Below the pieces are notes generated by a model. It had not been told where the DNA came from and ran no database searches. It saw nothing but the letters and a program-made list of their open reading frames with translations. A program made the translations under genes and the position numbers. From Christensenellaceae bacterium (GTDB lineage: Bacteria; Bacillota; Clostridia; Christensenellales; Borkfalkiaceae), in contig JAZRNF010000084.1 of the NCBI GenBank assembly GCA_045648085.1, positions 489 to 64,488 of the forward strand: a DNA stretch of 64,000 nucleotides, in the 5' to 3' direction. Positions 43,482 to 53,432 of this stretch are shown here, piece by piece; the stretch's first letter is position 1, and each line of letters begins with the position of its first letter.

Positions 43482-44780
43482 ATGTTAAAAATTTCTAAGG
43501 TTGATAAAAATTCAATAGGTGAAGAAATCGGTTTAGAAATAGGGGATATAATTGAGAAGTTTGACGGTTTTAACGTCGTTGACGTTTTAGATTATACCTT
43601 TTATGACTATAAAGATTTTTTTACTATGACCGTTTTATCAAAAAATGGCGAGCGTGTGACGGTAGAGATTGAGAAAGACGAAGACGAAACTTTGGGTTTA
43701 TCTTTCTATGACGATAACCTTGAATTAAAAACTTGTCATAACAACTGTGTATTTTGCTTCGTTTCGCAAATGCCAAAAGGTCTTAGAAAATCTTTATACG
43801 TTAAAGACGACGACTATCGCCAAAGTTTTTTATCGGGCAATTTCGTCACCTTAACTAACGTGACTAGCGACGATATTGATAGAATTATAAGGCTTAATTT
43901 AAGCCCAATATACGTTTCAGTTCAAGCGACTAATAGTGACGTTAGAAAGAAAATGCTTTCAAATAGATTTGCAGGCGATATTTTAGAAAAGTTAGAAAAA
44001 TTAACTAAAAACGGCATTAAAGTGCATACTCAAATAGTTCTTGTGCCATCGTTGAACGACGGTGCTGTACTAGATAACTCTCTTAGTGACCTATATAAAC
44101 TTCGCCCTAACTTGCAATCAGTTGCGGTAGTTCCTTGCGGAATAACTAAGTATAGGGAAGGGCTTTATCATATTGACGATATTGACAAGGGCTATGCAAC
44201 GTGCGTAATAAACCAAGTTAAAGCGTTTAATAGTAGTGTTAAAGAAAATTTTGCCCTTTTAGGCGACGAGTTTTATTTTAAAGCGGGTATGCCGGTAGAA
44301 AGTGTTGAAAGTTATGGTGACTTTTCGCAAATAGGCAACGGCGTAGGTATGACTGCAAAGTTTGAAAGCGAACTTAACGAAGTTTTAGAAAAAAAACTTT
44401 CTAAAGGCAGGTTTTTATTAGTGACGGGAACGTCGGCAAAAGCCTTTATTGAAGAAAGCGCAAAAAAAGTTCTTAATTGCGTTAAAGGTATAAGTATTAA
44501 AGTTTTAGGTGTTGAGAATAATTTTTTTGGAAGCACGGTAAACTGTACGGGTTTATTGACTGGTGGCGATATATTAAACGCCCTTTCTACTCAAAGTGAT
44601 TATGATTATTTAGTGTTGCCTGACGTGTGTTTAAAAGAAGATGAAGACGTTTTTTTAGACGACGTTAGTGTGACTGAATTAAAAGAAAGAATAAACGTTC
44701 CTATCATAATAACAAACGGTACGGCAAAAAGTTTTTACGACGCTTTTATTATGGGTAAGGATATAAGGATAATAAAATGA
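43482..44780 (+). CDS. PDZ plus radical-SAM plus DUF512 protein
   Basis: CHNNCVFC (CxxxCxxC) motif and an N-terminal PDZ-like segment (IGLEIGDII). It sits upstream of der, as is common in Clostridia. The alternative start ATG 43467 falls inside the -10 region. Confidence 0.75.
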   Translation: MLKISKVDKNSIGEEIGLEIGDIIEKFDGFNVVDVLDYTFYDYKDFFTMTVLSKNGERVTVEIEKDEDETLGLSFYDDNLELKTCHNNCVFCFVSQMPKGLRKSLYVKDDDYRQSFLSGNFVTLTNVTSDDIDRIIRLNLSPIYVSVQATNSDVRKKMLSNRFAGDILEKLEKLTKNGIKVHTQIVLVPSLNDGAVLDNSLSDLYKLRPNLQSVAVVPCGITKYREGLYHIDDIDKGYATCVINQVKAFNSSVKENFALLGDEFYFKAGMPVESVESYGDFSQIGNGVGMTAKFESELNEVLEKKLSKGRFLLVTGTSAKAFIEESAKKVLNCVKGISIKVLGVENNFFGSTVNCTGLLTGGDILNALSTQSDYDYLVLPDVCLKEDEDVFLDDVSVTELKERINVPIIITNGTAKSFYDAFIMGKDIRIIK

Positions 44781-46093
44781 ACAAGCCAATAGTAGCGGTG
44801 GTCGGCAGACCAAACGTTGGAAAGTCAACGTTTTTCAATAAAATAACAGGTAAAAAGATTTCTATTGTTGAGAATATTCCAGGTGTCACACGCGATAGAA
44901 TTTATTGTGATGCCGAGTGGTGTGGCAAGCAATTTACAATGATAGATACAGGCGGTATTGAACTTAAGTCGCAAGACGAAATGTGGCGCCATATTAAAAA
45001 GCAAGCGGAAATAGCCGTTGATATGGCTGACGTTATAATTTTTATGTGTGACGTTAAAGGTGGTCTTACCGCGTCTGACTTTGAAGTTGCAAGTATGCTT
45101 CGCCGTTCAAACAAGCCAATTTGTTTAGCGATAAATAAACTTGACAATTACGACGAGTCTTTACTTTACGAGTATTACGAGTTAGGTTTGGGCGTACCTT
45201 ACGGTATTTCTTGCGAACAAGGTAAGGGTTTAGGTGACCTTTTAGATGAGGTTTGCTCATATTTTGATGCGATAGATACAAGCGAAGAAGACGAGAGAAT
45301 TAAAATTGCAATAGTAGGAAAGCCTAATGCAGGAAAGTCAAGTTTAACTAATAAACTTTTAGGATACGATAGAACTATCGTTTCAAATATCGCAGGAACT
45401 ACAAGGGACTCTATTGATACTTATTTTGAGTTTGAAGATAAAAAGTTTACTATTATAGACACGGCAGGTATTAGAAAGAAAAAGAGCGTAAACGAAGACG
45501 TTGAGTATTATAGCGTAGTTAGGGCTCTAGGCTCTATAAGGCGTGCTGATATTTGCTTAGCGGTAATTGATTGTGAAGAAGGGCTTACCGAGCAAGACGT
45601 TAAGATTTTAGGATATATTCACGAGCAAGGTAAACCGTCAATCGTAGTTATGAACAAGTGGGACGCTATTGAGAAAGACACCTTTACAATAGAGTCGTTC
45701 AAGAAAAAATTAGACTGCGACTTAGCGTTTATGGATTATTATAAAAGCATATTCGTTTCCGCAAAGACAGGTCAAAGGGTAGAAAAGATTTTAAGCCTTT
45801 GTTTAGACGTTTTAGATAATGCAAGAAGAAGGATTACGACAGGTACGTTAAACGAAGTTATAACCGACGCCGTTAGAACTACCGAGCCACCTACAAAAAA
45901 TGGTAAAAAACTCAAGATATTCTACACTGTTCAAGACGGTATTGAACCACCAACCTTTGTAATGTTTGTAAACGATATGGAACTTATGCACTTTAGTTAT
46001 AAAAGGTATTTAGAAAACACTTTAAGAAATACCTTTGACTTTACAGGTACTCCTATAAGGCTAATTGCTAGAGAAAAGGGGGAAGACGAGTAA
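44777..46093 (+). CDS. der: Ribosome-biogenesis GTPase Der (EngA)
   Basis: Two tandem G domains (GRPNVGKST and GKPNAGKSS) plus a KH-like C-terminus. Confidence 0.93.
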   Translation: MNKPIVAVVGRPNVGKSTFFNKITGKKISIVENIPGVTRDRIYCDAEWCGKQFTMIDTGGIELKSQDEMWRHIKKQAEIAVDMADVIIFMCDVKGGLTASDFEVASMLRRSNKPICLAINKLDNYDESLLYEYYELGLGVPYGISCEQGKGLGDLLDEVCSYFDAIDTSEEDERIKIAIVGKPNAGKSSLTNKLLGYDRTIVSNIAGTTRDSIDTYFEFEDKKFTIIDTAGIRKKKSVNEDVEYYSVVRALGSIRRADICLAVIDCEEGLTEQDVKILGYIHEQGKPSIVVMNKWDAIEKDTFTIESFKKKLDCDLAFMDYYKSIFVSAKTGQRVEKILSLCLDVLDNARRRITTGTLNEVITDAVRTTEPPTKNGKKLKIFYTVQDGIEPPTFVMFVNDMELMHFSYKRYLENTLRNTFDFTGTPIRLIAREKGEDE

Positions 46094-46839
46094 TGAAATA
46101 CGTTTCACTATCTATGCTATGGTGGCAATTTTTGCTCTTAGCAATAGGCTCGTACCTAATTGGCTCTATAAATTTTTCGGTAATGATATCAAAGTTTTTG
46201 CATAAAGATATTAGAAAGGTCGGCAGTGGCAACCCAGGAACTTTAAATATGAGTAGAACTTTTGGTCTTAAAGTAGGCGTATTAGTTTTATTATTAGATA
46301 TGGTTAAGGGTGCAGTTCCAACTTTAATAGGTTTACTTTTATATAAAAATTTTTACTTTAACAATACTACGTTGCCAATAAGTTTACTAGCCAAGGTATT
46401 AAGTGGTTTCTTTGCGGTATTAGGGCACGTGTTCCCTATATATATGAAGTTTAAAGGTGGTAAGGGTATAGCCACAACTATCGGTGTGTTTGCCGTTTGT
46501 AATCCCCTTGTAATGGTTTTATCGGGTGCTATTGCAATATTGTTTATACTCTTTACGGAAGTTGGTTCTATGGGCTCGTTTTTGGCTACTACGCCAGGCG
46601 CTATTGCGGCTAGTTTTTCAGTATATAAACACTATATTCAAGCAAACACCATTTTCGTTGGTCAAGTATTAACGGCAGTTATTACAAACTTGTTTATCGT
46701 TGCAATAATTATCTTAACTTGGTATGCGCATAGAAAGAATATTCAAAGGCTAATTTCGGGCGATGAACACCCAACAAACTGGCTACAAATGATAAGAGAG
46801 TCTAAGATTAAGAAAAAATTAAAAGAGAATAAAAAATAA
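46093..46839 (+). CDS. plsY: Glycerol-3-phosphate acyltransferase PlsY
   Basis: GSGNPGTLN, the HVFP motif and KGGKG. About 40 aa longer than typical at the C-terminus. Confidence 0.85.
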   Translation: MKYVSLSMLWWQFLLLAIGSYLIGSINFSVMISKFLHKDIRKVGSGNPGTLNMSRTFGLKVGVLVLLLDMVKGAVPTLIGLLLYKNFYFNNTTLPISLLAKVLSGFFAVLGHVFPIYMKFKGGKGIATTIGVFAVCNPLVMVLSGAIAILFILFTEVGSMGSFLATTPGAIAASFSVYKHYIQANTIFVGQVLTAVITNLFIVAIIILTWYAHRKNIQRLISGDEHPTNWLQMIRESKIKKKLKENKK

Positions 46840-46893
46840 TCATAATAAAAAAATTCCTTTCATATACATTATTGATATGGGAGGATTTTTTTT

Positions 46894-48372
46894 ATGGATA
46901 AATACGATATTTACAAAGATATTGCTTGTAGAACAGGTGGAGATATATACATAGGTGTTGTTGGACCTGTAAGAACGGGTAAATCGTCGTTTATTACAAA
47001 ATTCACAGAACTTATGGTTATGCCTAATATAGTAAGCAAAAATAAAAAACAAATAGCCATAGATGAAATGCCTCAGTCTGGCATAGGAAAAACTATCACG
47101 ACCACAGAGCCTAAATTCGTTCCGTCAGAAGCGGTAAAAATTTCACTTAAAAATAAGGTGAGTGCTAAGGTAAGGCTTATTGATTGCGTTGGTTATTTAG
47201 TTGACGGTGCTGTTGGCGATAAAGAAAACGATAAGGAAAGGCTTGTTAAAACGCCTTGGAACGATGAGCCTATGACTTTTGATAAGGCGGCTAGTTTAGG
47301 TACTGAAAAGGTTATAAACGAACATTCTACAATAGGCGTTTTAGTGACTACCGACGGCTCAATTTGCGATATTGAAAGGCAAAATTATGAAAAAGCAGAA
47401 CAAAAAGTAGTAGATAAATTAAAGGCGACGGGTAAGCCGTTCGTCATTGTGTTAAACTGCAAAAATCCAACTAGCCAAGAAAATGTAAATTTAGCAAGCG
47501 AACTTAGCGATAAATATGGTACAATTACTATCCCTCTTAACGTTTTAGAACTTACTGAAAATGATATAACTAGGGTTTTAGAAGGTGCGCTTATGGAGTT
47601 TCCTCTTAAGAGTTTTGATGTCAAAATTCCTAAGTGGATGCAAGTGTTGCCGTCAACAAGCCCAATCATTAGCGAAATTTTATCGGTTGTAAAAACAGCG
47701 TCGGCAGTAGTAGAAAAAATGAAGCATTATTATATTATTGAAGATGCAATCTCTACAATTGACGGTATTAAAAAAGTAGAAAAATCTAGTATTTTAGCAG
47801 GCGAAGGTAAAGTTGAGTTTTTAGTTGAAACCGACTCTAACTTATTTTATAAACTTATATCAGAGTTGTCTGGCGAAGATATTGCCGATGAGTTTAGCCT
47901 TATGGGTTACGTAAAAGAGTTAAACGAAGCAAAGGAAAATTATCGTAAACTCAAAAGCGGTTTACTTGAAGCATACGGAAACGGCTATGGCATTGTAGTA
48001 CCAGAAAATAGCGATATGACGCTAAAAGAACCCGAAGTTATAAAGCAAGGCGGCAGGTATGGAGTAAAAATTAAGGCAAATACGACGTGTATGCACCTTA
48101 TGAAAATAAACTTAGACGCCGAAGTATCGCCAATATCTGGGACGGAAAAACAATGCAAAGATTTTGCCGACTTTATTAAGACTGAATACGAAACTAACCC
48201 TGAAAAAGTATGGCAAACAAACGTGTTTGGCAAACCGCTTTCAAGCCTTGTAAGTGAAGAAATGGTTAATAAAATAAGCAGTATGAAAACTCAAACGAAA
48301 GACAAAATGAGAAAAACTGTCACAAGAATAGTTAACGAAGGTAGGGGCGGGGTAATTTGTATATTACTATAA
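46894..48372 (+). CDS. spoIVA: Stage IV sporulation protein A
   Basis: MDKYDIYKDIA.RTGGDIYIGVVGPVRTGKSSFI is nearly invariant in SpoIVA; 492 aa. Confidence 0.93.
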   Translation: MDKYDIYKDIACRTGGDIYIGVVGPVRTGKSSFITKFTELMVMPNIVSKNKKQIAIDEMPQSGIGKTITTTEPKFVPSEAVKISLKNKVSAKVRLIDCVGYLVDGAVGDKENDKERLVKTPWNDEPMTFDKAASLGTEKVINEHSTIGVLVTTDGSICDIERQNYEKAEQKVVDKLKATGKPFVIVLNCKNPTSQENVNLASELSDKYGTITIPLNVLELTENDITRVLEGALMEFPLKSFDVKIPKWMQVLPSTSPIISEILSVVKTASAVVEKMKHYYIIEDAISTIDGIKKVEKSSILAGEGKVEFLVETDSNLFYKLISELSGEDIADEFSLMGYVKELNEAKENYRKLKSGLLEAYGNGYGIVVPENSDMTLKEPEVIKQGGRYGVKIKANTTCMHLMKINLDAEVSPISGTEKQCKDFADFIKTEYETNPEKVWQTNVFGKPLSSLVSEEMVNKISSMKTQTKDKMRKTVTRIVNEGRGGVICILL

Positions 48373-48452
48373 GGTTGTTCCACCATAGACGATTACCTAC
48401 TTAAAAAAAGTGCGATAGAATAGCAGATTTTAATAAAAAATTAAATTGGCTA

Positions 48453-48481
48453 TTGAAAAGGTTAAAAACTTGTTGTATAAT
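48453..48481 (+). promoter_or_regulatory. Sigma-A promoter (TTGAAA, 17 nt, TATAAT) for the EF-G-like gene
   Basis: -35 at 48453-48458 and -10 at 48476-48481, with a leader carrying the SD aggaagga. Confidence 0.6.
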
Positions 48482-48535
48482 TATAATATAGTTAAAGTTT
48501 AATTTAACTAAATAATTTAATAGGAAGGACACTAT

Positions 48536-50575
48536 ATGGATGTTGACAAGTTGAGAAATATAGCAATTATTGGTCACGGTGGTGAAGGTAAAACCACGTT
48601 AGCAGAAGCAATACTTTACAACTGTAAGGTTATAGACAGACAAGGTAAAGTTGAAGACGGAAATACAGTAATGGACTACGATACCGAAGAAATTTCTAAA
48701 AAGTCTTCAATCAGTTTATCTTGCGCTTATTGCGAATATAACGGATATAAATTGAACTTAATTGACGTACCTGGATTTTACGACTTTGAGTGCGAAATGG
48801 CACAAGCACTAGCGGTATGCGATTCTGCAATCATAGTTTCAGGTGCAAACGGCACTTTAACAGTAGGAACTGAAAAGGCTATTGATTATTGTTCAAGTCA
48901 TCAAATACCTGCAATATTGTTTATTAACGGACTTGACAAAGACAACTCCAACTTTATAAAAACAGTAGATGCTATCAAGGAAAAATACGGGCATAAGATT
49001 GCTCCTATGATTGTTCCTAATATGGTAGACGGTAAAATGAAAGGTTTTGTAAAGGTCGCTTACGGCACTTTAAGAAATTGGGACTTAACCGAAGAAGCAA
49101 TTCCTGAATATTTAATAGAAGATTATAATAACGCTAAACTTGCTTTAACTGAAGCGGCGGCGGAAAATGACGAAGAACTCTTAGATAAATTCTTTAACGA
49201 AGGGGAACTTTCGCCTGAAGAAATTGAATATGGCGTAAAAATGGGTATTAGTTCATGCTCTACTATAACTGTATTAGGTGGTAGTGCGCTTAAAAACCAC
49301 GGCATTTTTAACCTTATGGATAAAATGATATCAACTCTCCCTAGCCCTAAAGATGCGGGTATTCAAAGGGCGATAGTAAACGGTGAAAAAATAGCCTTAC
49401 CGCCTGATGAAAACGCTCAAACTGTTGTTAGAGTATTTAAAACGGTAGTAGACCCGTACGTTGGTAGGCTTAACTATATAAAAGTCGTATCAGGCGTATT
49501 AAAGTCGGGTGACGTTTTAAAGATTACTGGCGGTAGCGAAGAAGAAAAAATTAGTGGTATATACTCAGTTATAGGTAAAAAACAAGAGTCTATTAGCGAA
49601 TTAAAGGCAGGCGATATCGGTGCGCTTTCTAAACTTTCTAACGTTAAGACGGGTGACACGTTATATCAAAAAGACGAAGTTGCCTTTAAGCCTTTAGATA
49701 TACCGCCAGCAAATTATAAAAGAGCGGTTTATGCCGAAAAGAAAGGCGAAGAAGATAAAATCTTTGCAGGTCTTAACAAACTTAAAGATGAAGACGTATC
49801 TTTCCGTGTAGAGAAAAACGTAGATACTGGCGAAATGATAATTGCGGGCGTTGGTGCTACTCAATTAGAAGTTTTAAGGAAAAAACTTAAATCTAAATTT
49901 GGCGTAGACGCTATATTAAAGGAGCCTAAGATAGCCTATAAAGAAACTATAAGAAAGAAAGCCGAAGGCGAAGGCAAACATAAAAAGCAATCTGGTGGTG
50001 CAGGTCAATACGGTCACGTTAAAATCCGTTTTGAGCCGTCTTTAGAAGAATTTGAGTTTGTTGACGAAGTTGTGGGTGGTGTAGTTCCTAAGCAATTTAT
50101 ACCTGCAGTAGAAAAAGGTCTTAAAGAAGCAATTAAGGAAGGCGTTCTTGCAAAATTCCCACTAATTAATTTAAAAGCAACCCTTTACGACGGTAGTTAT
50201 CATGCTGTTGATAGTAAAGAAGTCGCTTTCGTTTCCGCTGCAAAACTTGCGTATAGTGAAGGTTTATTAAAGGCTGACCCTGTTATTAAAGAGCCTATAA
50301 TGTCAGTCGTAATAAAAGCCCCTGACAGTTATCTTGGTGATATAATGGGCGATTTAAATAAGAGAAGGGGTAGAATTTTATCTGCCGACCAAGACGGTGC
50401 GCTTAGCATTATAAATGCCGAAGTGCCTGAAAGTGAATTATTAGAATATTCTTTAGACCTTAGAAGTATTACGCAAGGTAGGGGAGTATTCTCTTATGAG
50501 TTCGCAAGGTATGAAGACGTTCCTTACGAAACTCAAATAAAAATTATAGAAGAAGCAAAAAATAATAAGGAATAA
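48536..50575 (+). CDS. Elongation factor G family paralog (EFG-II-like) with degenerate GTPase motifs
   Basis: Full EF-G domain layout (G, II, III, IV, V). However G1 is GHGGEGKT, G3 is DVPGF (no catalytic His) and G4 is NGLD (not NKxD). Confidence 0.8.
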   Translation: MDVDKLRNIAIIGHGGEGKTTLAEAILYNCKVIDRQGKVEDGNTVMDYDTEEISKKSSISLSCAYCEYNGYKLNLIDVPGFYDFECEMAQALAVCDSAIIVSGANGTLTVGTEKAIDYCSSHQIPAILFINGLDKDNSNFIKTVDAIKEKYGHKIAPMIVPNMVDGKMKGFVKVAYGTLRNWDLTEEAIPEYLIEDYNNAKLALTEAAAENDEELLDKFFNEGELSPEEIEYGVKMGISSCSTITVLGGSALKNHGIFNLMDKMISTLPSPKDAGIQRAIVNGEKIALPPDENAQTVVRVFKTVVDPYVGRLNYIKVVSGVLKSGDVLKITGGSEEEKISGIYSVIGKKQESISELKAGDIGALSKLSNVKTGDTLYQKDEVAFKPLDIPPANYKRAVYAEKKGEEDKIFAGLNKLKDEDVSFRVEKNVDTGEMIIAGVGATQLEVLRKKLKSKFGVDAILKEPKIAYKETIRKKAEGEGKHKKQSGGAGQYGHVKIRFEPSLEEFEFVDEVVGGVVPKQFIPAVEKGLKEAIKEGVLAKFPLINLKATLYDGSYHAVDSKEVAFVSAAKLAYSEGLLKADPVIKEPIMSVVIKAPDSYLGDIMGDLNKRRGRILSADQDGALSIINAEVPESELLEYSLDLRSITQGRGVFSYEFARYEDVPYETQIKIIEEAKNNKE

Positions 50576-50583
50576 ATTTAATC

Positions 50584-51507
50584 ATGATATTAAGTGTGTG
50601 TCCCAATCCGTGTATTGACCTTACCGTTGAACTAGAACAGTTAAACGTAGGACAACTAAATAGGGTTGAGAATAAGGTTATGACGTATTCGGGCAAGGCG
50701 TTAAACACGTCTGTGGGCGTAGCGAGACTTGGCGGAGATAGTTATGCTACTGGTTTTATGTATGAAAACGACGGTAGTTTATTTTCGCAAAGGCTTGATA
50801 ACGAAGGTGTTAAAAACACTTTCGTTTGGAATAAAGGTAGTTTACGTATAAACTATAAAATAGTAGACAATAAGTCTATGCTTACTGAAATTAACGACAG
50901 GGGCGACCCCGTTTTAGAAGATAAGCAACAAGAACTTTTAGAACTTGTCGGCAACTTATCTAAAAACGCTGCAGTAGTAGTTATTAGCGGTTCTTTACCA
51001 AAAGGCATTAAAGACGACTATTACTTAAAGTTAAGGCGTTCAGTCAATAATAATTGTAAAGTTATAGTAGATACGGAAGGCGAAAAGTTAGTAAACGCTA
51101 TACAAGACGGTGTTTATTTAGTAAAACCTAATCTTTTTGAACTTGAAAACATTGTTAAAAAAAGACTTACAAGTTTTAGAGAAATGATAGAAAGTTCTAG
51201 GTTTTTATTAAAGAAAGGCACTGAAAACGTAGTTTTATCTTTAGGTAAAGACGGTGCTTTGTTAATTGATAATGAGTCTGCTTATTACTGTAAAAGCGTA
51301 AACGTTGCGGTAAACTCAACAGTAGGCGCAGGCGATAGTATGGTTGCGGCAATAAGCGTAATGGCAGAGCGTAACGAAACGAAAGAAGAAATTTTAAAAG
51401 CGGGCGTTGCAGCGGGTGCGGCTTCTATAACTACACCGGGCACAAATTTATTCTATCGTGATAAGTTTGAAGAAATTTATAGCAAAGTTTACGTAGAAAA
51501 ACTTTAA
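50584..51507 (+). CDS. PfkB-family sugar(-phosphate) kinase (1-phosphofructokinase / tagatose-6-P kinase-like)
   Basis: NP.ID N-terminus, GSLP, and the C-terminal GAGDSMVAA motif. Confidence 0.8.
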   Translation: MILSVCPNPCIDLTVELEQLNVGQLNRVENKVMTYSGKALNTSVGVARLGGDSYATGFMYENDGSLFSQRLDNEGVKNTFVWNKGSLRINYKIVDNKSMLTEINDRGDPVLEDKQQELLELVGNLSKNAAVVVISGSLPKGIKDDYYLKLRRSVNNNCKVIVDTEGEKLVNAIQDGVYLVKPNLFELENIVKKRLTSFREMIESSRFLLKKGTENVVLSLGKDGALLIDNESAYYCKSVNVAVNSTVGAGDSMVAAISVMAERNETKEEILKAGVAAGAASITTPGTNLFYRDKFEEIYSKVYVEKL

Positions 51508-51568
51508 AATAGCAAATACTAATATAAAAGTCCGATAATTCGGGCTTTTATTATGATAATAGGTGAAT

Positions 51569-52231
51569 ATGATAACTATAAAACAACTAAAACAAAATGA
51601 AGAAGTGCAAAGCCTTATTAAAACGGGAGAAAGACAACTTAGCGCTTTATCGTATACCGAACATTCTGTTAGACACGCGAGCATAGTGTCTACCTGGACC
51701 GGTATGATTTTAAAAGAGATTGGCGAAACGCCTAAAAATATAAAACTTGGTGAAATTGCAGGGTATCTACACGATATAGGCAACGCCGTTTCAAGGTACG
51801 ACCACGCTGGTAGTGGGGCAATTTTAGCGTATAATCTTTTACTCAAAATGGGTATGAATTACGACGATGCTACGGAAATTTTAATGGCGATAGGTAATCA
51901 CGACGAGAAAAATGGTATTCCCGTATCAGTTATAGGTTCAGCACTTATTATTGCCGATAAGTCTGACGTTCATAAGTCTAGGGTACGCGATAAAGTTTTA
52001 GACGAGCATACCAATATTCACGACAGGGTTAACCTAGCGGTAAATCGCTCGTATATAGAAGTTGACGTTAAAGAAAAAAGAATAGATACTATTGTAGAAA
52101 CAGATACTACCGTGTGCGCAGTATCAGATTATTTTGAGATATATCATACCCGTATGATAATGTGTACTAAAGCCGCTGAATTTTTAGGTTATAAGTACGG
52201 ATTAGTTATAAATGGTGTACGAATGCTATAA
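51569..52231 (+). CDS. HD-domain phosphohydrolase
   Basis: H...HDIGN...D motifs. SD aggtga precedes ATG 51569. Confidence 0.75.
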   Translation: MITIKQLKQNEEVQSLIKTGERQLSALSYTEHSVRHASIVSTWTGMILKEIGETPKNIKLGEIAGYLHDIGNAVSRYDHAGSGAILAYNLLLKMGMNYDDATEILMAIGNHDEKNGIPVSVIGSALIIADKSDVHKSRVRDKVLDEHTNIHDRVNLAVNRSYIEVDVKEKRIDTIVETDTTVCAVSDYFEIYHTRMIMCTKAAEFLGYKYGLVINGVRML

Positions 52232-52281
52232 AATTTTATATAAAACTGCTTAAATAAAATAAAATCGTCCATACTTAACGT

Positions 52282-53115
52282 ATGAACGGTTTTTTTATTG
52301 GTATAAAAGAATTTTTAACTTTATCTACTTATAAAAAGAATACCACTTTATCAGGTGCGCTAGTGTTTTTTACTCTTATAGGAGTTGTACCTATAACGTA
52401 TATAGCGTCGCTAATATTTTCTATATTTGGTAGTGAAATAAGTGTTATAAATAATTTCTTTTCATATCCTGAATTTTTAGAAATAACTGAATATATAACA
52501 AAAACTGCAATAAAATTAGGTACTCAAGGAAACGCTATAGTCTTTTTAGTTGCCTTATATTCTTCAGCAAACGTCTTTTATCATTTGCGTCAAAGTGGCG
52601 AAGTAATATATAACTATGAAAAAAACGGAAATTTTCTAACTAGGCTAACTTCAATGTTTATAGCGTTTTTAACGGTGTTTGTATTCTCTTTATTTATAGT
52701 AAGTTATCTTGCAATAACCCCCTTAATTACCATATTACTAGGCGAAATATTATCCGTTTTAATAAACTTATTAGTTGGAGTCTTAGTGGTCTTTTTAATA
52801 GCGTATTTAATAAACGTTTACGTTTGCCCCTTTAAACTAAAATTTTACGAAGTGTATAAGGGTGCATTATACTCAACGGTATTTTGTTTTATAGCGACAG
52901 GGTTATTTTTATTATACGTTAGGAATTTTTCTAATTACGACGAAGTGTATGGTAAAATTGCAACGGTACTGGTATTTTTGTCTTGGCTATATTTAATCAT
53001 AAACGGACTACTACAAGGCATTACTTTAAACGTATTTTTAATGAGTAAAACAAGCATAAAAAAGTCAAGAAAAAATTTCAGATTAAAAACGGTTAAAAAC
53101 TACAAAAAAGTATAA
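52282..53115 (+). CDS. YihY/BrkB-family membrane protein
   Basis: LSGALVFFTLIGVVP and six TM helices. Confidence 0.75.
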   Translation: MNGFFIGIKEFLTLSTYKKNTTLSGALVFFTLIGVVPITYIASLIFSIFGSEISVINNFFSYPEFLEITEYITKTAIKLGTQGNAIVFLVALYSSANVFYHLRQSGEVIYNYEKNGNFLTRLTSMFIAFLTVFVFSLFIVSYLAITPLITILLGEILSVLINLLVGVLVVFLIAYLINVYVCPFKLKFYEVYKGALYSTVFCFIATGLFLLYVRNFSNYDEVYGKIATVLVFLSWLYLIINGLLQGITLNVFLMSKTSIKKSRKNFRLKTVKNYKKV

Positions 53116-53156
53116 AACAAAAACTTCTCGCATAAATTTTAATAAGGAGAAAAATA

Positions 53157-53432
53157 GTGCGAGATAATTTAGTAAATAGAATTATAAAAGAAGGGGAATA
53201 TATAGCGACAAATAAAGCAACGGTGCGACGAACGGCAAAAGAATTTGGGCTAGGTAAGTCCACTATACATAAAGACGTGACTATTAGGCTAAAACTAATA
53301 GATAAAGAATTATATGAAAGTGTAAAAAAGATATTGAAATTAAATTTAGAACAACGCCATATAAGGGGCGGCGACGCCACCAAAGAAAAGTATAGAATAA
53401 AAAGAGAAATTATAGAAAAATCAAAGCCTTAA
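53157..53432 (+). CDS. spoIIID: Sporulation transcriptional regulator SpoIIID
   Basis: Close to the B. subtilis SpoIIID pattern (IIKEGEYI...ATVR.TAKEFG..KSTIHKD...RL). GTG start follows SD aaggag. Confidence 0.9.
   Translation: MRDNLVNRIIKEGEYIATNKATVRRTAKEFGLGKSTIHKDVTIRLKLIDKELYESVKKILKLNLEQRHIRGGDATKEKYRIKREIIEKSKP

Noticed and set aside
46855-46893. Sigma-E-type sporulation promoters upstream of spoIVA (tcatatacat) and spoIIID (gcataaatt at 53130-53138).
   Set aside because: Both have CATA-type -10-like elements, but I cannot match a full -35/-10 consensus with correct spacing by eye. I have left them uncalled.
51448-51846. 132-aa ORF antisense to the 3' end of pfkB and the 5' end of the HD gene. 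Also the similar antisense ORFs at 53093-53383, 46840-47052 and 62748-62990.
   Set aside because: They have no SD, they overlap well-supported genes, and their translations are hydrophobic and low-complexity. I treat them as spurious.
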